A stretch of 64,000 bases of DNA, from contig JAIBJO010000004.1 of NCBI GenBank assembly GCA_020029615.1, forward strand, positions 3,983 to 67,982, in the 5' to 3' direction. The notes under the pieces are model-generated. The model saw only the letters and a program-made list of their open reading frames with translations. It did no database searches and was not told the DNA's origin. Of the stretch, positions 59,607 to 64,000 are shown piece after piece. The DNA is from Actinomycetota bacterium (GTDB lineage: Bacteria > Actinomycetota > Thermoleophilia > Gaiellales > Gaiellaceae). Within the stretch, counting starts at the first letter, position 1, and each line of letters begins with the position of its first letter. The position numbers and the translations under genes were made by a program.

Positions 59607-60110
59607 TTAGGGAGGTGAGCATGCGCGGGCGAGCGCGACGCCGAGCGCCTTGAAGATCGCGGAGAGGACGTGCTGCGAGTCCTCGCCCTCGAGCAGCCGA
59701 ACGTGGATGGTCAGCCCGGCAGCCTCGGCGAGGTCGCGGAGGAACGCCGCGGCGAGGTCGGTGTGGAGCCCACCCGCGCGCGTGGGCGTGAGATCGGCGT
59801 TCGACGCGACAAGCGGCCTTCCCGATGCCTCGACGACCACCATCGCGAGCGCCTCATCGGAAGGGACGATGCCGAAGCCGCGACCTGCGGCCCTGGAGTC
59901 GATGAGAAGAGGCAGGAGCGCCTCGCCGAGAGCCGCGCCCGCTTCACCGACCTCGGCTTCGGGCTCGCCCGGAGCGATCTCCAGCCGAAGCTCGAAGCCG
60001 CCGGTACGCGCGAGCTCCTCGAGGAGATGGTCGAGCACCGCAACGCCCGTCATCACGTTGCTCTCGCCACCGCTAGTGAGCGTGACGCGGGCTGTGCTCG
60101 GTGTCGTCAC
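59607..60110 (-). CDS. imidazoleglycerol-phosphate dehydratase-like protein lacking most metal ligands
   Basis: GTGA overlap with the murA stop. Aligns by eye to the IGPD core (TGVAVLDHLLEELARTGGFEL, ALGEAL, SGRP, IFKALGVALARA). The DxHHxxE and GxNxHHxxE motifs read PEAEVGE and GEDSQHVLS. Confidence 0.6.
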   Translation of the reverse strand: MTTPSTARVTLTSGGESNVMTGVAVLDHLLEELARTGGFELRLEIAPGEPEAEVGEAGAALGEALLPLLIDSRAAGRGFGIVPSDEALAMVVVEASGRPLVASNADLTPTRAGGLHTDLAAAFLRDLAEAAGLTIHVRLLEGEDSQHVLSAIFKALGVALARACSPP

Positions 60111-61417
60111 AGGTCGGACCGCTCGATCGTCGCGCCCAGGCCCCGTAGGCGCTCGTCGATCCGCTCGTAGCCGCGGTCGATCTGCCGAATGTTGCCGATT
60201 GTCGACGTGCCCTCGGCGCACAGGGCAGCGATGAGCATCGCCATCCCGGCACGGATGTCCGGGCTCTCGAGCCGCTCGCCGTACAGGGGTGCCGGGCCGG
60301 TGACGACGACGCGATGGGGATCGCAGAGGATGATTCGCGCTCCCATGGAGACGAGCTTGTCGACGAAGAAGAGGCGGCTCTCGAACATCTTCTCGAAAAT
60401 GAGGATCGTTCCGTGCGCCTGAGTTGCGACGGTGACCGCGATCGACGTGAGATCGGCCGGGAAGGCCGGCCACACGCCGCTCTCGATCTTGGGGATCTGT
60501 CCTCCGAAGTCGTCTTCCACGTGCAAGTCCTGGCCGGCCGGAACGCGCACGCTCGAGTCCGACACCTCCATCTCGACTCCCAGCTTCCGGAACGCTGGAA
60601 CGATCGAGATCAGGTCGTCCGGCTCCACGTCCGTAACGATCACCTCGCCGCCGGTCGCGGCGGCCAGGCCGACGAAGCTCGCGACCTCGATGTGGTCGGG
60701 GCCGATGCGGTACGCGCCACCGCCGAGCGCCGCCTTTCCCTGGATGTGGAGGACGTTCGAGCCGATCCCCTCGATTTCCGCGCCGAGCGAGACGAGGAAC
60801 CTGCAGAGATCCTGGATGTGGGGCTCGCAGGCAGCGTGCCCGAGCACCGTCTCGCCCTGTGCGAGCACGGCAGCCATGATCGCGTTCTCGGTGCCCATCA
60901 CCGACGCCTCGTCGAGGTACATGCGCGTCCCGGTGAGCCCGCGTGCCGAGAGGTCGTAGACGCCGTCGAGCGCGATCTCTGCGCCGAGCGCGGCGAACGC
61001 GTGCACATGGGTGTCGAGCCGGCGGCGCCCGATCACGTCGCCGCCTGGGGGAGGCACCATGACTCGGCCATGGCGCGCGAGCAACGGGCCTGCAAGGAGG
61101 AACGATGCGCGGATCTCGCGCGAGAGATCGGGATCGAGGTCGGTCTTCGACACACCGCTCGGATCGACCCGAATCTCGTTCGGCCCGGTCCAGTCGATGT
61201 CGGCTCCGAGGTCGGCCACGAGCTCGACCATCGTCTCGACGTCGCGTATGCGTGGGACGTTCGAGAGGTAGACGTCGTCCGAGGCGAGCAGCGAGGCTGC
61301 GAGGATGGGGAGCGCGCCGTTCTTGTTCCCCGAGGCGCGAACCGTCCCCGACAGCGGGCGGCCTCCCTCGATGACGAAGGACTGCATCGCGCGGGCAATG
61401 GTACTGGCCGTCTTCAT
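60107..61417 (-). CDS. murA: UDP-N-acetylglucosamine 1-carboxyvinyltransferase
   Basis: Canonical MurA (GNKNGALPILAA, active-site loop PPGGDVIGRRRLDTH with Asp where E. coli has Cys115). The ATG 30 nt downstream is an alternative start. Confidence 0.93.
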   Translation of the reverse strand: MKTASTIARAMQSFVIEGGRPLSGTVRASGNKNGALPILAASLLASDDVYLSNVPRIRDVETMVELVADLGADIDWTGPNEIRVDPSGVSKTDLDPDLSREIRASFLLAGPLLARHGRVMVPPPGGDVIGRRRLDTHVHAFAALGAEIALDGVYDLSARGLTGTRMYLDEASVMGTENAIMAAVLAQGETVLGHAACEPHIQDLCRFLVSLGAEIEGIGSNVLHIQGKAALGGGAYRIGPDHIEVASFVGLAAATGGEVIVTDVEPDDLISIVPAFRKLGVEMEVSDSSVRVPAGQDLHVEDDFGGQIPKIESGVWPAFPADLTSIAVTVATQAHGTILIFEKMFESRLFFVDKLVSMGARIILCDPHRVVVTGPAPLYGERLESPDIRAGMAMLIAALCAEGTSTIGNIRQIDRGYERIDERLRGLGATIERSDL

Positions 61418-61432
61418 CCGCTCACTCGCGCG

Positions 61433-63409
61433 TCACCGACCGTGGTGCTCGATCTCGAGTTTCGGCAGCGCCTCACCGGTTTCGAATCCGAGAACCTGCG
61501 CGTAGAACGAGAGCTCGGCCTCGAGTGAGCGAACGATGTTCTCCGCCTTGCGAAACCCATGGCCCTCGCCCTCGAAGAGGAGATACGAGTGAGGGATCCC
61601 GCGCTCGCGCAGGGCGCCGACGATGAGCTCCGCCTGCGACGGTGGCACGACCTTGTCGTCCTCGCCCTGGATGACGAGCATCGGGGTCGAGATCCTGTCC
61701 GCGAAGTGGATCGGGCTGCGGGCTCGATAGAGGTCGGCCCGCTCGGGGTACGGCCCGACAAGCGTGTGCTCGTACTGCAGTTCGAACTTGTGCGTCTCTC
61801 CCCCGCCGAACTGCTCGAGATCGGCGATGCCGAAGTGCGTCGTGCCGGCGGCGAAGACGTCCGTGAACGTGAGCGCGCAGATCGCCGTGTAGCCGCCTGC
61901 ACTGCCTCCCGTGATCAGCAGGCGGTCGGGATCCGCGCGTCCTGCCTTGACGAGGTAGCGAGCGGCGTTCACGCAGTCCTGCAGGTCGACGACGCCCCAC
62001 TCGCCTTTCAGGCGCTCGCGATACGGCCGCCCGTAGCCCGTCGAGCCCCCGTAGTTGACGTCGACGACTGCGAACCCCCTCGTCGTGAAGTACTGGGTGT
62101 CGAGGCTGAAGGTGGCTGGGGAGCTTCCGGTCGGGCCGCCGTGGCACACGACGATCAAGGGCGGCATCTCGTCCTCGGGCGGCTCGAAGGCCGGGTTCGT
62201 CGGCTCGTACACGAACGCGTGCGCGGTCAGGCCGCCCTCTGTCGGGAACTCGACGGCGTACGGAACGGAGAAGTACTCGCCGCCGACCGTGGCGCGCGAG
62301 CTGGTCCGGAGCACCTCGTCGGCGCCCGATGCCAGGTCGATCAGCCGAACCTGGGTCGGGACGGTCGAGGTTCCCGCAACGACGACGGCGCTGGAGCCCT
62401 CGGTGCACAGGTGGGGCGTTCCCCAGGAGTCGAGCCCGAAGTCCAGCGCCTCGAAGCGACCGCTCTCGGGCTCGAGCAGCCCGAAGTGCGTGAGCCCTCC
62501 CGACTCGTACGCACTGAAGACGCGCCCGTCGGCGAGGAACGAGAACGACCGCGCCCCGAACGTCCATGCCGGATAGCCGAACTCGGCCGCGGCCGGGTAC
62601 AGAACCGATCGGGTCCCGGCACGGATCCGCTCGAGGTTCCACCAGCCACTCCGGTCGCTCGCGAAGACGAGGTCCCCCGAGGGGCTCCACTCCGGCTGCC
62701 AGATGGACTCGGTGCCGTCCCGGCCCGCGACGTGTGAGAGCTCCTCGAGCTCACCAGTCTCGCCCAGGCTCGCGATGAACAGCTCGCAGCCGTCCCACGG
62801 CATCCACGGCAGGTCCCAGGCGAGGAAGCAGAGCCGGGACCCATCCGGCGATACCCGTGGAGCGGCGTAGAAGTCGCGACCTTCGGCGATGACCCGCGGC
62901 ACCGACGATCCGTCCGTCGGCACGGCCACCAGCTCGTTCACGACCTCCGCCGATCGATCGCTCTCGGCGTGACGCTCGCGAACCCCTATCCACAGCTCGC
63001 CGTCGGGGGTGATCCTGCCATCCGCATAGCGATGTCTCTTGTCGGCAACCTCCGGCGTGATCGCGACGGGCGGCACTCCCCGATCCACGCGATACAGGCG
63101 CTGATCGTCGAAGTTGCAGACGTACGCCGTGTCGTGATGGATGCAGTACGCGCCTCCCCCGTACTCGTGGGCGCTCGTGCGAACGTTGAAGCCCTCGGGG
63201 ACGACGTCGACCGGATCGACACCCGGTGCCCTCGACACGAGCGCGACCCGCCCACTCTCGGCAGCGCGACCCTCGAGCCACCAGACGACCCCCGCCTCGA
63301 GCCACGGCGCCGTGAGCCGCGTGTCCCCCCGAGCCACCATCTCCGCGCTGATCGGCGACGACCAGGTTCCGTACGGCTTGATCGTCCGCTGTGGGAGCTG
63401 AGGTTCCAA
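61433..63409 (-). CDS. S9-family serine peptidase (acylaminoacyl-peptidase/prolyl oligopeptidase-like)
   Basis: N-terminal beta-propeller-like region. Catalytic domain has GGSAGGY, QGEDDKVVP and EGEGHGF. TTG start at 63409 is uncertain. Confidence 0.85.
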   Translation of the reverse strand: MEPQLPQRTIKPYGTWSSPISAEMVARGDTRLTAPWLEAGVVWWLEGRAAESGRVALVSRAPGVDPVDVVPEGFNVRTSAHEYGGGAYCIHHDTAYVCNFDDQRLYRVDRGVPPVAITPEVADKRHRYADGRITPDGELWIGVRERHAESDRSAEVVNELVAVPTDGSSVPRVIAEGRDFYAAPRVSPDGSRLCFLAWDLPWMPWDGCELFIASLGETGELEELSHVAGRDGTESIWQPEWSPSGDLVFASDRSGWWNLERIRAGTRSVLYPAAAEFGYPAWTFGARSFSFLADGRVFSAYESGGLTHFGLLEPESGRFEALDFGLDSWGTPHLCTEGSSAVVVAGTSTVPTQVRLIDLASGADEVLRTSSRATVGGEYFSVPYAVEFPTEGGLTAHAFVYEPTNPAFEPPEDEMPPLIVVCHGGPTGSSPATFSLDTQYFTTRGFAVVDVNYGGSTGYGRPYRERLKGEWGVVDLQDCVNAARYLVKAGRADPDRLLITGGSAGGYTAICALTFTDVFAAGTTHFGIADLEQFGGGETHKFELQYEHTLVGPYPERADLYRARSPIHFADRISTPMLVIQGEDDKVVPPSQAELIVGALRERGIPHSYLLFEGEGHGFRKAENIVRSLEAELSFYAQVLGFETGEALPKLEIEHHGR

Positions 63410-63433
63410 CGGCGGCGGCTATGGTACTGCGCC

Positions 63434-64000
63434 ATGCGGCCGACCCGCGAGCAGGCGTGGGACACGCTTACCCGCTACACGAAGAGCGAGGCGCTGCTTC
63501 GCCACGCACTCGCGGTCGAGGCCTCGGTCGGCTTCTACGCGCGACTCTACGGCGAGGACGAAGAGCTCTGGCGCGCCACCGCCCTGCTCCACGATTTCGA
63601 CTACGAGATTCACCCCACTCTCGACAAGCATCCACAGGACGGCGCGCCGATCCTGCGCGACGAGGGATACTCCGAGGAGCTGATCGAGGCGGTGTTGTCG
63701 CACGCCGAGCACCTCGCGATGCCGCGGGACACGCAGCTCAAGAAGGCACTGTTCGCCTGCGATGAGCTGTCGGGCTTCGTGCACGCGTGCGGCCTCGTAC
63801 GTCCGACTGGGCTCGACGGCCTGGAGCCGAAGTCCGTGAGGAAGAAGCTGAAGCAGCCGTCGTTCGCTGCCGGCGTGCACCGGGACGAGGTCTACGCGGG
63901 CGCAGAGCTTCTCGGGCTGGAGCTCGACGAGCACATCACGAACGTCGTGGCGGCGATGCAGCCGCTCGCCGGCGAGCTGGGTCTCAGAACCGCCGCGAAC
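63434..64000 (+). CDS. HD-domain phosphohydrolase, 3' end beyond window
   Basis: Not in the ORF track because no stop lies within the window. ATG 63434, LLHDFDYEIHP HD motif. The frame stays open to base 64000. Confidence 0.7.
   Translation, partial: MRPTREQAWDTLTRYTKSEALLRHALAVEASVGFYARLYGEDEELWRATALLHDFDYEIHPTLDKHPQDGAPILRDEGYSEELIEAVLSHAEHLAMPRDTQLKKALFACDELSGFVHACGLVRPTGLDGLEPKSVRKKLKQPSFAAGVHRDEVYAGAELLGLELDEHITNVVAAMQPLAGELGLRTAAN

Overview
High-GC bacterial chromosomal segment, about 75 protein genes, dense with many 1-4 nt start/stop overlaps. Gene content and order look like a deep-branching Actinomycetota-type genome. This is inferred from the SepF-YggT-DivIVA-YggS block, MurT/GatD, a GarA-like FHA plus MerR pair, RNase Y and a Firmicutes-like rodZ-cinA-recA-recX-rny order; no search was run. 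Content in order: ftsK (5' partial); a BMP-type ABC importer; rodZ-like, cinA, thpR, recA, recX, rny, miaB, miaA and a dapF-like gene; dapD-dapE; hflX, dut and a NUDIX gene; gatD-murT; two convergent sigma-70 genes; uppP; a pgsA / coiled-coil / FHA / MerR / apt block; an accessory-looking stretch at 33-40.3 kb (amidohydrolase, thioredoxin, secreted glycosidase-like protein, FAD oxidoreductase, dodecin, orphan type IV pilin, tRNA-Pro(GGG) with decay scars). A roughly 22 kb minus-strand array follows: S9 peptidase, murA, hisB-like, ridA, CCA enzyme, yggS, sepF, yggT, divIVA, yggU, dksA-like, lspA, rluD, rpsB, tsf, pyrH, frr, uppS, cdsA, dxr, rseP, ispG, proS, XRE. It is interrupted only by one plus-strand adenylate cyclase. 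No rRNA, CRISPR array, transposase or integrase was seen. The most unusual signal is a duplicated ~140-nt module placed immediately 5' of both pyrH and frr. Each copy holds a 45-codon ORF coupled by 4-nt overlaps to the flanking translation genes and conserved hairpins, and copy 1 lies beside a 171-bp element bounded by perfect 17-bp inverted repeats. Other notable points: a DapF homolog with both catalytic Cys replaced by Ser, a metal-ligand-depleted HisB-like protein coupled to murA, and an RsiG-like c-di-GMP motif protein. Also an orphan pilin with a sigma-28/WhiG-like promoter, a tRNA-Pro 5' half with an XRE pseudogene scar, and a 34-nt G-rich motif present twice. All starts were assigned by hand and are approximate wherever alternatives exist.
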